Shown: positions 26,078-39,472 of the stretch, in pieces | How the letters are laid out: every line of letters begins with the position of its first letter | How positions within the stretch are numbered: position 1 is the stretch's first letter | Assembly (NCBI GenBank): GCA_035625915.1 | Contig: DASPOR010000039.1 | Location: 24,983-88,982 of the forward strand | Source: Alphaproteobacteria bacterium | GTDB taxonomy: Bacteria > Pseudomonadota > Alphaproteobacteria > JACZXZ01 | Reading direction: 5' to 3' | Length of the DNA: 64,000 nt | Made by a program: the position numbers and the translations under genes | Notes under the pieces: generated by a model | What the model was told of the DNA's origin: nothing | Seen by the model: only the letters and a program-made list of their open reading frames with translations | Database searches by the model: none

Positions 26078-26344
26078 TCAGGCTACCTTGACCGCCTCGT
26101 TCTCGTTCACCGCCCGGTGGGGCAGGATCGTCCCCGCAATGACCCCCGGAATTTCGCCGCGGCAAATCCCGATGTCGGCAAGCATGTGATTGTCGAGACC
26201 TTCAAGTTCGGCAAGTGCAATCTGACGCGCGCGCCAATCGGCGACCGCCCGTAACATCGCCTGGGCAACCCTTCGGGCAAACCCGTTGCCCGCAACAGAG
26301 GACTTCTTGGCAACTGCACGCATTTCTTCAATCCTTCTCGTCAA
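26078..26344 (-). CDS. DUF1127-domain small protein
   Basis: C-terminal half WRARQIALAELEGLDNHMLADIGICRGEI matches the DUF1127 consensus (L..LDDR.L.DIGL.R.DI). Confidence 0.65.
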   Translation of the reverse strand: MTRRIEEMRAVAKKSSVAGNGFARRVAQAMLRAVADWRARQIALAELEGLDNHMLADIGICRGEIPGVIAGTILPHRAVNENEAVKVA

Positions 26345-26683
26345 ACATTCCTAACTTCCGTTTGCTCTCAAGGGCACATCGCAACGTGATCGATGGTATG
26401 TGCCTGGCGCGAGAGCACCCTTCTAGATAAGTATCTTAACTTCTTATCCACAGATTTTATTGTGCAACGCAGCATTGCCAAATACGCATAGTTCGCGGTC
26501 ACTTTTTGCGAAAAATGATTGGCTCAATGATTGTCTGACGTCGTGCGGGCCGCTCGGTCCTCGACGGCTATGGGAGGCTTGCCTACCCTCATTGGGGGGC
26601 CTAGCTTGCCCTCATTGGAAACGCATGAGCTTGTGAGGGCATCGGTGCAAGATTGTCGAGCAGCCTATCAGGGCGACGAGGCG

Positions 26684-28684
26684 ATGCAGAAGCTTCTGGC
26701 GAAGCATGGCTCAACACTAGACCTTGCCGCCCTGCGGGGCCTCATCGACGGCGTGATCGCAGCACCACAAGCGGAGGACCGGGCGGCCTGGGTGCAGCTC
26801 GTGACACCCACGGCGAGTGAGGCGCTGACGGCACAGCTGCTGGCACTTGAGGCCATGATGCGCCAGGAACGCTCGGCGCGCGATGCGAAGCCTTTGTCCT
26901 ATGCCAAACGTATGGAAACGCTGCGTGCCGAACTCCGGCGTCGCGGCCTCGCGGGCTTCATCGTGCCGCGAGGGGACGAGCATCAGGGCGAATATGTCCC
27001 CCCTTGCGCGGAACGCCTTGCGTGGTTGACCGGCTTCACAGGCTCGGCGGGCCTGGCCGTGGTGCTCGCGGAAAAGGCCGCCATTTTCGTCGACGGCCGC
27101 TATACGCTTCAGGTCCGTGCCCAGGCCGACGGTGCGCTCTATGAGTTTCACCATCTGACCGAAAGCCCGGCAAGCGCCTGGTGCGCCGAGAACCTGCCGC
27201 GCGGGGCGACCCTCGGCTACGACCCATGGCTCCATACGCCGCTGGAGCGGGAGCGTTTCGCCGCGGCCGCCGCGAAGGCGGGTGGGCGCGTCGAACCATG
27301 CGAGAGCAATCCCATCGATGCCGTTTGGATCGGTCGTCCGGCCGCGCCGATCGCACCGGTCGTACCCCATGCATTGCGCTATGCCGGCAAAGCCTCGGCC
27401 GAAAAGCGCGCCGAACTTGCGGCGGCGCTGAAGGCGAGCGGGGTCGATTCGACAGTTTTGACGGCCCCGGACTCGATCGCTTGGCTTCTCAACATCCGCG
27501 GCGCCGACGTACCCTGCACGCCGCTACCGCTTTCCTTCGCGATCGCTCATGCCGATGCGACGGTGGAAATCTTCTGCGATCCCCGCAAGCTCGCCCCTGG
27601 CCTTGCCGAGCATCTCGGCAACGCCGTCAAAACGAGCCCGCGCGAGGCGTTCGCGGTGGAGCTCGATCGACTTGGCTCGAGTAAGTTGCGCGTGCAGGTC
27701 GACCCGGCGAGCGCAGCCGCCTTCATCTTCGATCGGCTGGAACAGGCCGGTGCGATGGTCGTTCGCGGGCCCGATCCCTGTGCCTTGCCCAAGTCGTGCA
27801 AGAACGCGACGGAGCTTGACGGGACGCGTGCAGCGCATCGGCGCGACGGGGCGGCCCTTACGCGGTTTCTCGCCTGGATAAAGCGCCAGGCGGCGAAGGG
27901 TGGGATCACGGAAATCGAGGCGGCAGAGCGGCTGCACGCGATCAGGCGGACGGGCGAGTTTTTCCGCGGCCTTTCATTCTCGACGATCGCAGGTGCCGGG
28001 CCGAACGGCGCCATCGTGCATTACCGCGTCACCGAGGCGACCAGCCGTCCGATCGAGCCCGGCCAGCTCTTCCTCGTCGATTCCGGCGCTCAATACCTCG
28101 ATGGCACGACCGATGTCACCCGCACGTTGGCCATCGGCGAACCGAGTGTCGAAATGCGCGATCGCTTCACCCGCGTGCTCAAAGGGCACATAGCACTCGC
28201 GCGCACCCGATTTCCCGAAGGTACAACGGGATCCCAGCTCGACACGGTCGCGCGCACCGCACTCTGGCAGGCTGGCCTCGACTTCGACCACGGCACCGGA
28301 CACGGCGTCGGAAGCTTCTTGGGCGTGCACGAAGGCCCGCAGCGCATTTCGAAAGTCGCGAACACCGTCGCACTCAAGCCCGGCATGATCGTCTCGAACG
28401 AACCCGGCTATTACAAGACAGACGCCTACGGCATCAGGATCGAGAACCTGGTCGTCGTGGCGCCTGCGGACGGCGTTGCCGGGGCCGAGCGCAAGATGCT
28501 CGGCTTCGAGACGATCACGCTCGCACCGATCGATCTCGACCTCGTCGAGCTTGGCCTGCTTAGCGCGGATGAGGTGGGATGGCTCGACGATTATCATATC
28601 CGCGTGCGGGACACGCTGACCCCGCTGGTCGACGAGGCGACGGCCGGCTGGCTCGCGGAAGCGACGCGCCCGCTCAGCACTTGA
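26684..28684 (+). CDS. pepP: Xaa-Pro aminopeptidase (aminopeptidase P, M24B)
   Basis: Three-domain AMP_N/AMP_N-like/M24 core with the metal-ligand block HGTGHGVGSFLGVHEGP and NEPGYY. Start ambiguous: the ORF-finder start at 26531 adds a rare-codon segment; ATG 26684 (GAGG SD) or ATG 26855 (609 aa) are plausible. Confidence 0.85.
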   Translation: MQKLLAKHGSTLDLAALRGLIDGVIAAPQAEDRAAWVQLVTPTASEALTAQLLALEAMMRQERSARDAKPLSYAKRMETLRAELRRRGLAGFIVPRGDEHQGEYVPPCAERLAWLTGFTGSAGLAVVLAEKAAIFVDGRYTLQVRAQADGALYEFHHLTESPASAWCAENLPRGATLGYDPWLHTPLERERFAAAAAKAGGRVEPCESNPIDAVWIGRPAAPIAPVVPHALRYAGKASAEKRAELAAALKASGVDSTVLTAPDSIAWLLNIRGADVPCTPLPLSFAIAHADATVEIFCDPRKLAPGLAEHLGNAVKTSPREAFAVELDRLGSSKLRVQVDPASAAAFIFDRLEQAGAMVVRGPDPCALPKSCKNATELDGTRAAHRRDGAALTRFLAWIKRQAAKGGITEIEAAERLHAIRRTGEFFRGLSFSTIAGAGPNGAIVHYRVTEATSRPIEPGQLFLVDSGAQYLDGTTDVTRTLAIGEPSVEMRDRFTRVLKGHIALARTRFPEGTTGSQLDTVARTALWQAGLDFDHGTGHGVGSFLGVHEGPQRISKVANTVALKPGMIVSNEPGYYKTDAYGIRIENLVVVAPADGVAGAERKMLGFETITLAPIDLDLVELGLLSADEVGWLDDYHIRVRDTLTPLVDEATAGWLAEATRPLST

Positions 28685-28695
28685 CTTGCTGCCCG

Positions 28696-32509
<3,814 letters not shown>

Positions 32510-32511
32510 AC

Positions 32512-33369
32512 TCAGAAGAGGTTTATCGAGTTCCAGGTCTTTGCAATGAACGAGTCGTCGTTCTTTGTTGCTACACCGGTGTCACGATCGACTTTGACGT
32601 TCTCGACCAACTGATAGCTGTCGACGTACCACTGGCTGCGGGGGTAGTTGTACCCAAGCACGGCCGCCGTCTTCTTCGCTTCGTCGACGACGCCAAGCGC
32701 CATGTAACATTCGACGAGGCGATGGAGTGCTTCCGGCACCTGGGTCGTCGTTTGGTATTTGTCGACCACGGTCTTAAAGCGGCTGATCGCTGCGACGTAG
32801 GCCCCGCGCGTCTCATAGAAGCGGCCGACCTCCAACTCCTTGCCCGCGAGATGATCTCTTACGAGGTCGATCTTGCGGCGTGCGTCCTTGGCATAGGGCG
32901 TATCCGGGTAGCGGCGAATCAACTCCTCGAGCGAGGTAAGCGCCTGATCGGCGTTGGTCTGATCGCGCTCCACGTCGGTCACCTGCTCATAATAGGAGAG
33001 CGCCTTGAGGTAGTAGGCGTAGGCGATGTCACGGTTGCCCGGATGGAGTTGGATGAACCGGGTGAGCGCGTTGATGGCCTCTTGATAATTATTGTCCTGA
33101 TAGAGCGCATAGGCGGACATGAGCTGCGCCTTTGTCGCCCAAATCGAATAAGGGTGCTGACGCTCGACCTCGTCGAACGCCTTGGCCGCCGCCGGGTAGC
33201 GTTGCTCCGCCAACGCGTCCATGCCCCTGTTGTAAAGAGTGTTGACCGGCTCCTCGACGTACTTATCCTTTTCATCGTCGCCGGAGCAAGCGCCGAGCGC
33301 AAACAACGCAAGGGCCAAGCCTGCGCACGCGAGCATGCGTCTCGCTGCACCGCCTCGAATCCTTACCAT
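32512..33369 (-). CDS. bamD: Outer-membrane protein assembly factor BamD (TPR lipoprotein)
   Basis: Lipoprotein signal MVRIRGGAARRMLACAGLALALFALGAC followed by the YfiO/BamD TPR fold. The canonical lpxC-bamD-recN neighbourhood is conserved. Confidence 0.85.
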   Translation of the reverse strand: MVRIRGGAARRMLACAGLALALFALGACSGDDEKDKYVEEPVNTLYNRGMDALAEQRYPAAAKAFDEVERQHPYSIWATKAQLMSAYALYQDNNYQEAINALTRFIQLHPGNRDIAYAYYLKALSYYEQVTDVERDQTNADQALTSLEELIRRYPDTPYAKDARRKIDLVRDHLAGKELEVGRFYETRGAYVAAISRFKTVVDKYQTTTQVPEALHRLVECYMALGVVDEAKKTAAVLGYNYPRSQWYVDSYQLVENVKVDRDTGVATKNDDSFIAKTWNSINLF

Positions 33370-33567
33370 CGAACCCACTGTCTTGCGCAACCCCTGCCCG
33401 GTCTAATTTGCGGGGCCGATTGTCTCAGCCCCTGACGCTTGCCTTCTTATAGCACGATAGATTGCGTTGCCATAGGCTTGCGGTCGTTCAAAATCGACGC
33501 GCCACGGTGATCCCGCAGGATAAAACTCGATAATATTGACGTTCGGCCCGACAGTCGTCGAGGTCGA

Positions 33568-34500
33568 TCAGGCGGACGCCGCCATCGGCTGGCGATCCTG
33601 GCTATGCGGACTAACGGCCTCACGACCTTCGAACGGAACGAGGCGCCACGCGTCGCGGTCGGCAAACAGCGCGCGCAACAACTTGTTATGCATGCCGTGG
33701 CCTGAGCGGAAGCCGTGGAAATGGCCGATGACAGGTGCGCCCGCGAGGGAGATATCCCCTACGGCGTCGAGGACCTTGTGGCGGACGAATTCGTTCTCGT
33801 AGCGCAACCCGTCCGGATTCATGACCCGATCTCCGTCGACGACGACGGCGTTATCGAGCGAGCCGCCGAGGGCCAGTCCCGCAGCGCGCAGCTTCTCGAC
33901 GTCCTCGACGAAGCCGAACGTGCGCGCTCGTGCGATTTCGTTCTTGAACGCGCCGTTTTGCAGCGAGACGAAATATTCCTGGCGCGCCACGGCACTCGCC
34001 TCGAAATCGATCTCGAAGCTGATCGAGAACCCACTGCTCGGCGTGAACGATGCCATGGCTTCGTGATTACCGACGGCGACATGCTTCAGCACTCGAATGG
34101 CCTGTCTCGGTGCAGCCTGCTCGACGATGCCCGCGCAATCGATCAGGAACACAAACGGTGCGGAGCTTCCGTCCATGACCGGAACCTCGGCCCCATTGAG
34201 TTCGATGACGAGATTATCGATGTGGCAGCCGGCCACCGCCGCAAGAAGATGCTCGACCGTGCCGATCTTGACGGGACCGTGCTTGCCGGGAGCCTCAGCA
34301 CCGAGCGTGGTGCACATGCGGGTATCGACGACGTGCCGCCAAGTGGCGGGGATCTTGACCCCACCGCCCGAGAGATCGATGCGACGGAAAGCGACGCCGG
34401 TGTTCGGCTCAGCCGGCAATAGCGTCATCGTGACTTTCTGTCCGGAATGCAAGCCGATGCCCGAGCAACTGATCGGGGTCTTCAGGGTTCGTTGGAAAAT
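33568..34500 (-). CDS. lpxC: UDP-3-O-acyl-N-acetylglucosamine deacetylase LpxC (start non-canonical; see findings)
   Basis: The conserved N-terminus [26 protein letters not shown] aligns to E. coli MIKQRTLKRIV.... No in-frame ATG/GTG/TTG lies there. Candidate ATT at 34500-34498 is preceded by AAGGGGAGA. The alternative TTG at 34641 adds 47 rare-codon residues. Confidence 0.85.
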   Translation of the reverse strand: MFQRTLKTPISCSGIGLHSGQKVTMTLLPAEPNTGVAFRRIDLSGGGVKIPATWRHVVDTRMCTTLGAEAPGKHGPVKIGTVEHLLAAVAGCHIDNLVIELNGAEVPVMDGSSAPFVFLIDCAGIVEQAAPRQAIRVLKHVAVGNHEAMASFTPSSGFSISFEIDFEASAVARQEYFVSLQNGAFKNEIARARTFGFVEDVEKLRAAGLALGGSLDNAVVVDGDRVMNPDGLRYENEFVRHKVLDAVGDISLAGAPVIGHFHGFRSGHGMHNKLLRALFADRDAWRLVPFEGREAVSPHSQDRQPMAASA

Positions 34501-34650
34501 ATTACAGTCTCCCCTTGGATCGACGCTCAGGACCGTCGATGGCCCATTGCGACTTAAAATGTTTGTTTCCGGTCTGCTCCGGTCCCCACGGGCGACCGAG
34601 TGCTTCGATGACTCTTTACCAATGGTCCGCGAAGCACTCAAATCACCTTT

Positions 34651-34670
34651 TGTTACGGATTGTTACCGGT
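34651..34670. promoter_or_regulatory. Motif tGTTACGGATTGTTACCGg in ftsZ-lpxC spacer (copy 2 of GTTACGGATT...GTTACC element; GTTAC direct repeat at 10-bp spacing)
   Basis: Read directly from the sequence. Shares core with the element upstream of ftsZ at 36331-36352. Confidence 0.35.
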
Positions 34671-34702
34671 AGAACATTGCATTCTCAATAACTTACGCTA
34701 CC

Positions 34703-36301
34703 CTAGTTAGCTTGGCGGCGGAGAAACGCGGGGATCTCCAGGAGGTCGTCGTCTCCTTTCGAAGTTGCAAGCCGGTCACTGGGATCGAGCCCCCCAAGGC
34801 GAGGTTGAGATGGTGTCGCCGGCTCGTGCTGGGGTTCGGGTGCCCTGCGCGTTCCACCCGTCACTTTATTGAATAGACCCGCCATGCCCCGGCGTACCTT
34901 GCCTGGCTCCACGGCCATTGAACCGTGGGCCGCCTCGGCGGATGGAACACCACGCGCCGCGATTTCCTCCACCGCGGCCGCAAGCTCCGGCTCATGGGCC
35001 GTGAAAAATTCGGACTGCACGTTGGGCGCTGCAGCTGTCGCCGAGACGCGTTGGGTAGGTGCAGGCTTGATCGTGGCCGAAGCGGGGGCCGCCGCCGCCC
35101 GAACCGGTGGTGCTGTGGGTGCAGTCGGTACAGCCACGGGGATTGGGGCGAGTGCCGGCTCCGCTCCCGTGGCGACAATCTGCGGCGCTTCGGCCGCAGC
35201 ACGGATGACGCGGAGTGGCTCGCTCGCCACGGCCGGCGCTTGAACCGGCTGCGGCGCTGCCGCCACGATCGTACGGGGCGCTGGGCGATCGCTGACGAGG
35301 ACGGGCCGAAGCGGCTTCGGCTGCTGGACGGCTGCGGCATCGATACCCGTTGCGACGACGGACACGCGCACGCTGCCGTCCAGGTGCTCATCGAATGTCG
35401 AGCCAAAAATGATGTTCGCTTCGGGGTCGACCTCGTCGCGGATTCGATTCGCCGCCTCGTCGACCTCGAAGAGCGTCATGTCCATGCCGCCCGTGATATT
35501 GATGAGGACTCCCTTGGCCCCCTTCATCGACACGTCGTCGAGAAGCGGGTTCGAGATCGCGGCTTCGGCGGCATCGAGCGCCCGCCGCTCGCCCTGAGCC
35601 TCGCCGGTGCCCATCATCGCCTTCCCCATTTCGCTCATCACCGTGCGAATATCGGCGAAGTCGAGATTGATAAGGCCGGGCATGACCATGAGATCGGTGA
35701 CGCCGCGCACGCCGGAATAGAGAACGTCATCCGCCATCTTGAAGGCGTCGGCAAAGGTCGTCTTCTCATTGGCGACGCGGAAGAGGTTCTGATTGGGAAT
35801 GATGATCAGCGTGTCGACGAATTGCTGGAGTTCTTCAATCCCCTGTTCGCCGATGCGCATGCGGTGCTGCCCTTCGAAATGGAAAGGCTTGGTCACCACG
35901 CCGACAGCGAGGATGCCACGCTCGCGTGCGGCGCGCGCGATGACGGGTGCGGCCCCGGTGCCGGTCCCGCCACCCATTCCCGCGGTAATGAATACCATAT
36001 GAGCGCCGTCAAGATACTCGAGGATGGCGTCGAGGCCCTCCTCGGCGGCGGCGCGACCAACGTCCGGTCGGGAACCCGCACCCAATCCCTGGGTAACGCT
36101 CAGCCCAAGCTGGATGCGGCGATCCGCCTTCGAGAGCGCCAACGCCTGCGCATCCGTGTTGCAGGCGAGGAACTCCACTCCCTCGAGGTTGGCGGCGATC
36201 ATGTTGTTGACGGCGTTGCCGCCAGCGCCGCCGACGCCAATTACAACAATGCGCGGCTTCAGCTCATGAGCCGGCTCAGGCACGGATAGGTTGATGGTCA
36301 T
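34703..36301 (-). CDS. ftsZ: Cell division GTPase FtsZ
   Basis: Tubulin signature GGGTGTG, long alphaproteobacterial C-terminal linker, GGAGG SD 8 nt upstream of ATG at 36301. The ORF-finder extension to 36502 is Arg-rich junk. Confidence 0.95.
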   Translation of the reverse strand: MTINLSVPEPAHELKPRIVVIGVGGAGGNAVNNMIAANLEGVEFLACNTDAQALALSKADRRIQLGLSVTQGLGAGSRPDVGRAAAEEGLDAILEYLDGAHMVFITAGMGGGTGTGAAPVIARAARERGILAVGVVTKPFHFEGQHRMRIGEQGIEELQQFVDTLIIIPNQNLFRVANEKTTFADAFKMADDVLYSGVRGVTDLMVMPGLINLDFADIRTVMSEMGKAMMGTGEAQGERRALDAAEAAISNPLLDDVSMKGAKGVLINITGGMDMTLFEVDEAANRIRDEVDPEANIIFGSTFDEHLDGSVRVSVVATGIDAAAVQQPKPLRPVLVSDRPAPRTIVAAAPQPVQAPAVASEPLRVIRAAAEAPQIVATGAEPALAPIPVAVPTAPTAPPVRAAAAPASATIKPAPTQRVSATAAAPNVQSEFFTAHEPELAAAVEEIAARGVPSAEAAHGSMAVEPGKVRRGMAGLFNKVTGGTRRAPEPQHEPATPSQPRLGGLDPSDRLATSKGDDDLLEIPAFLRRQAN

Positions 36302-36330
36302 GTCAGCCTCCAGTTCCCCATGTTCGTCGG

Positions 36331-36352
36331 TAACTTCCGTAATCCGTAACGG
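36331..36352. promoter_or_regulatory. Tandem heptamer element (minus-strand reading GTTACGGATTACGGAAGTTACC) in ftsA-ftsZ intergenic spacer, copy 1 of GTTACGGATT...GTTACC motif
   Basis: Read directly. Lies 30-50 nt upstream of the ftsZ ATG. Confidence 0.35.
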
Positions 36353-36410
36353 CCGTCGACATTTCGAGCCCTTGCCGGGCTCCGGCCGCGGCGGCGCGGC
36401 CGTGGCAAGC

Positions 36411-37679
36411 CTACAGATTTTCCCGCAGCCACACTCCAAATCGGCCGAACACATCGCTCGGCGGCTCCTGAACGCGGCGCGCACGCGAGGGCGAACCCGC
36501 AAAGCGCGTCAACGCGTATTGAAGCAATCCCGCACAAGTCGCAAACGCAGGGCCCGCGGTCGAATCGGCGAGCCCGCCGATGCGCAGCGGGCGACCCATC
36601 CGAACTTGTTTGTCGAGAACGAGTGCTGCGAGTTCGCGCACGCCCTGAAGCTGGCTCGCACCACCCGTGAGCACCACGCGACGCCCGGCGGTACGATCGA
36701 CGCCGCTTGCCTCGAGACGCCCGCGCACGAGCTCGAACGTCTCCTCGAGGCGCGGCTGAATGATGCTCACGAGAATCGATTTCGGCACATGATTGGGACT
36801 GGCATGCTCGTCTTCGCCCACCTGCGGTACGTCGACCACGTCGTGCTCGTCGGAGGATGTGGCGAACGTTGAGCCGTAGAGGGTCTTCATGCGCTCGGCG
36901 TGGACGAGCGGGGTCGACAGGCCGCGTGCGATATCGCTCGTGACGTATTGCCCGCCGACCGGAATGCAGTCGGTATAGATGACCTCGCCGTCGAAAAAGA
37001 CCGAGATCGAGGTGCTCCCGCCGCCCATATCGATGCAGGTAACGCCGAGGTCCATCTCGTCCTCGACCAGCGTTGCGAGGCCGGCCGCGTAAGGCGAGAC
37101 GACCAGCGCCTGCAGATCGAGATGACACCGTGCGACGCAGGTCTTGAGGTTTCGAACCGATCCCGCGGACGCGCTCACCACGTGCATGTTGACCCCGAGG
37201 CGTTCGCCATACATGCCGCGCGGGTCGCGAATTCCGTTGCTGCCGTCGATCGTGTAGCTCACGGGGATGGAGTGGATGATTTCGCGCTCGCTGGCATCGT
37301 TCAGGAGATAACCTTGTCCGAGGACGCGGCGCAGATCGGTGTCGCCGACTTCATGACCCGCGATCGAGACCTCGACCGCGACGGTCTGCGAGAGCGGGGT
37401 GCCGCACGTCAGATTGACGAAGACCTCGCGGATGGTCTCTTCCGCCATTTGTTCGGCCGCGTGCACGGCACCTCGAATCGATTCCTCGGCAGCGTCCATG
37501 TCGATAATGGCTCCCGCGCGCAGGCCACGAGACTTCTGATGCCCGATGCCGACGACACGGATATTTCCCTCGCCGCCGATCTGGGCGACGAAGCAGCAGA
37601 CCTTGGTCGTGCCGACGTCGAGTGCGGCGACGAGACCGCTGCGCGGCTTGGCCAATCCCCTCTTCATCGGCATCCCCAT
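36411..37679 (-). CDS. ftsA: Cell division protein FtsA
   Basis: Actin-like ATPase fold ([15 protein letters not shown]70-like domains). Position between ftsQ and ftsZ. Confidence 0.93.
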   Translation of the reverse strand: MGMPMKRGLAKPRSGLVAALDVGTTKVCCFVAQIGGEGNIRVVGIGHQKSRGLRAGAIIDMDAAEESIRGAVHAAEQMAEETIREVFVNLTCGTPLSQTVAVEVSIAGHEVGDTDLRRVLGQGYLLNDASEREIIHSIPVSYTIDGSNGIRDPRGMYGERLGVNMHVVSASAGSVRNLKTCVARCHLDLQALVVSPYAAGLATLVEDEMDLGVTCIDMGGGSTSISVFFDGEVIYTDCIPVGGQYVTSDIARGLSTPLVHAERMKTLYGSTFATSSDEHDVVDVPQVGEDEHASPNHVPKSILVSIIQPRLEETFELVRGRLEASGVDRTAGRRVVLTGGASQLQGVRELAALVLDKQVRMGRPLRIGGLADSTAGPAFATCAGLLQYALTRFAGSPSRARRVQEPPSDVFGRFGVWLRENL

Positions 37680-37718
37680 TTGCTGCCTTGTTGCTTCATC
37701 CCTTGGGTCATCGCGGCG

Positions 37719-38567
37719 TCACGTGTTCTTGCCGGGCTTGCCCTGGCGTGCCGCGGCGTCGGGCGAAAGCCGGACGATGAGACGGTCGGGCAAACGCAGA
37801 TCGATCAGCACGATGTCGCGCTCGAACAGGCGCTCTTTGGCGTCGAGGTCTGCAAGGCGCTGCAAGGCTTCGTCCGGATTGATCTCGGGCAGGCGCACGT
37901 CGATGCCTTCGTTGAGGTGAAGATTCCAACGGCGGTTTCCGACCCAAATGCCGGATTCGACATGGCGCGCGAGTTCGGGCACTTTCGCGAGCATGTCGAG
38001 GAAAGCAGGTGCCTGCTTGGGAGCCCCTTCGCCGACGACCATCGGGAGCTGAGCGAAGCGCGCGACGTCAGCACCCTCGATCACCTTGCCTTCCCGGTCG
38101 ACGAGCTTGATCCTGCCGCCCGATTGCCAGAGTGCGAGCGGGGTGCGCTCCTCAATGGTCACGAAGACGAGGCTCGGCCAGCGCCGCTCGACCGAGGCGG
38201 CGCGAACCCAGGGGAGCGATTCGAGCCGCTCGCGCGCCGCGCCGAGGTCGAGGCCGAGAAGCGGTGCGCCGCGCTTCGCACCCAGTGCAGCGAGAAGTTC
38301 CTGCGCGGTGGTCTCATGCCGGCCTTCGACCATCACATCGCCGACGCGCAGGCCGAGGCCGGATGTCGTTTGAAGTCCGGCATCGAGCAAGGCGAGCAAA
38401 GTCCTTTCAGCCGTCCCGCTCCGCCAAACCCAGGCTCCGGCGACGCAAACAAGCGTTGCAAGGAGCGCTGCACCTCCGTAGCGAACCACCGCACCGAGCC
38501 AACGCGGTGTCGGTCGACGCCAGCGCGGCTTTGCCGCGGGGAGCGATGGGGCGGTTACTTGTCGCAT
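37719..38567 (-). CDS. ftsQ: Cell division protein FtsQ
   Basis: Single TM anchor (GAALLATLVCVAGAWVW) plus POTRA and FtsQ periplasmic domain. Start at the ATG overlapping the ddl 3' end, as is typical. Confidence 0.8.
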   Translation of the reverse strand: MRQVTAPSLPAAKPRWRRPTPRWLGAVVRYGGAALLATLVCVAGAWVWRSGTAERTLLALLDAGLQTTSGLGLRVGDVMVEGRHETTAQELLAALGAKRGAPLLGLDLGAARERLESLPWVRAASVERRWPSLVFVTIEERTPLALWQSGGRIKLVDREGKVIEGADVARFAQLPMVVGEGAPKQAPAFLDMLAKVPELARHVESGIWVGNRRWNLHLNEGIDVRLPEINPDEALQRLADLDAKERLFERDIVLIDLRLPDRLIVRLSPDAAARQGKPGKNT

Positions 38568-39472
38568 GCCGCGTTCTCCACCATCCAGGTGACGAGCTCG
38601 GAAAAGGACATGCCGATGTGCGCCGCCTGCTCGGGCACGAGCGAAAGCGGCGTCATTCCGGGTTGGGTATTGATTTCGAGGAGATAAATCTCGCCGATGC
38701 GCGCGGTGTCGTCGTAGCGGAAGTCGGCGCGCGAGACACCTCTGCAACCGAGCACTTCGTGCGCACGTGCGGCGAACTCCATGCATTGCTGCGCGATTCG
38801 TTCGGGGATGGGGGCGGGAACCAGGTGAGTGGTCTTGCCCTCCGTATATTTCGCGGCGTAGTCGTAAAAACCGCTCAACGGACGAAGCTCAGTCACGGCG
38901 ATCGCCTTGTCGCCCATGACCGAGACCGTCAGCTCTCGCCCCGGAATGAAGCGCTCGACAAGCACCTCGTCGCCATAGGGCCAGGCATCGCGCTCGAAGG
39001 GCATTGCGTTGTCGCCAAGGTTGACGATGCGCACGCCGACACTCGATCCTTCGGAGACCGGTTTCACGACATAGGGGCGCGGCATGATGTCGCCTCGGAG
39101 GACAAGGTCGCGGTGCACGACCTTTCCGTCGGCAACGGGGATTCCAACCGACTGGAACAAGCGCTTCGCCATCGGTTTGTTCATGGCGAGCGCGGAGGCG
39201 AGCAATCCGGAATGAGTGTAGGGGACGCCGAGAATGTCGAGCACACCCTGAACGCAACCATCCTCGCCCCAGCGGCCGTGAAGCGCGTTGAAAACCACGT
39301 CCGGCAACGGCTCGAGTGCTGCTACGAGCTTTGGCAGGTTGCGCTCGACGACGATTTCGCTCACCTCGTAGCCGGCTTGACCCAGCGCCCTTGCGCATGC
39401 CTTCCCGCTCGTGAGGGATACTTCCCGCTCCGCCGACCACCCGCCCATGAGCACCGCGACATGCTTCGTCAT
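38555..39472 (-). CDS. ddl: D-alanine--D-alanine ligase
   Basis: ATP-grasp Ddl family ([20 protein letters not shown]...). Confidence 0.92.
   Translation of the reverse strand: MTKHVAVLMGGWSAEREVSLTSGKACARALGQAGYEVSEIVVERNLPKLVAALEPLPDVVFNALHGRWGEDGCVQGVLDILGVPYTHSGLLASALAMNKPMAKRLFQSVGIPVADGKVVHRDLVLRGDIMPRPYVVKPVSEGSSVGVRIVNLGDNAMPFERDAWPYGDEVLVERFIPGRELTVSVMGDKAIAVTELRPLSGFYDYAAKYTEGKTTHLVPAPIPERIAQQCMEFAARAHEVLGCRGVSRADFRYDDTARIGEIYLLEINTQPGMTPLSLVPEQAAHIGMSFSELVTWMVENAACDK

Noticed and set aside
36331-36352. Possible CtrA box (TTAA-N7-TTAAC) upstream of ftsZ
   Set aside because: Half-sites are TTAC and phasing is 8/10 bp rather than 11 bp. Retained only as an unassigned repeat motif.
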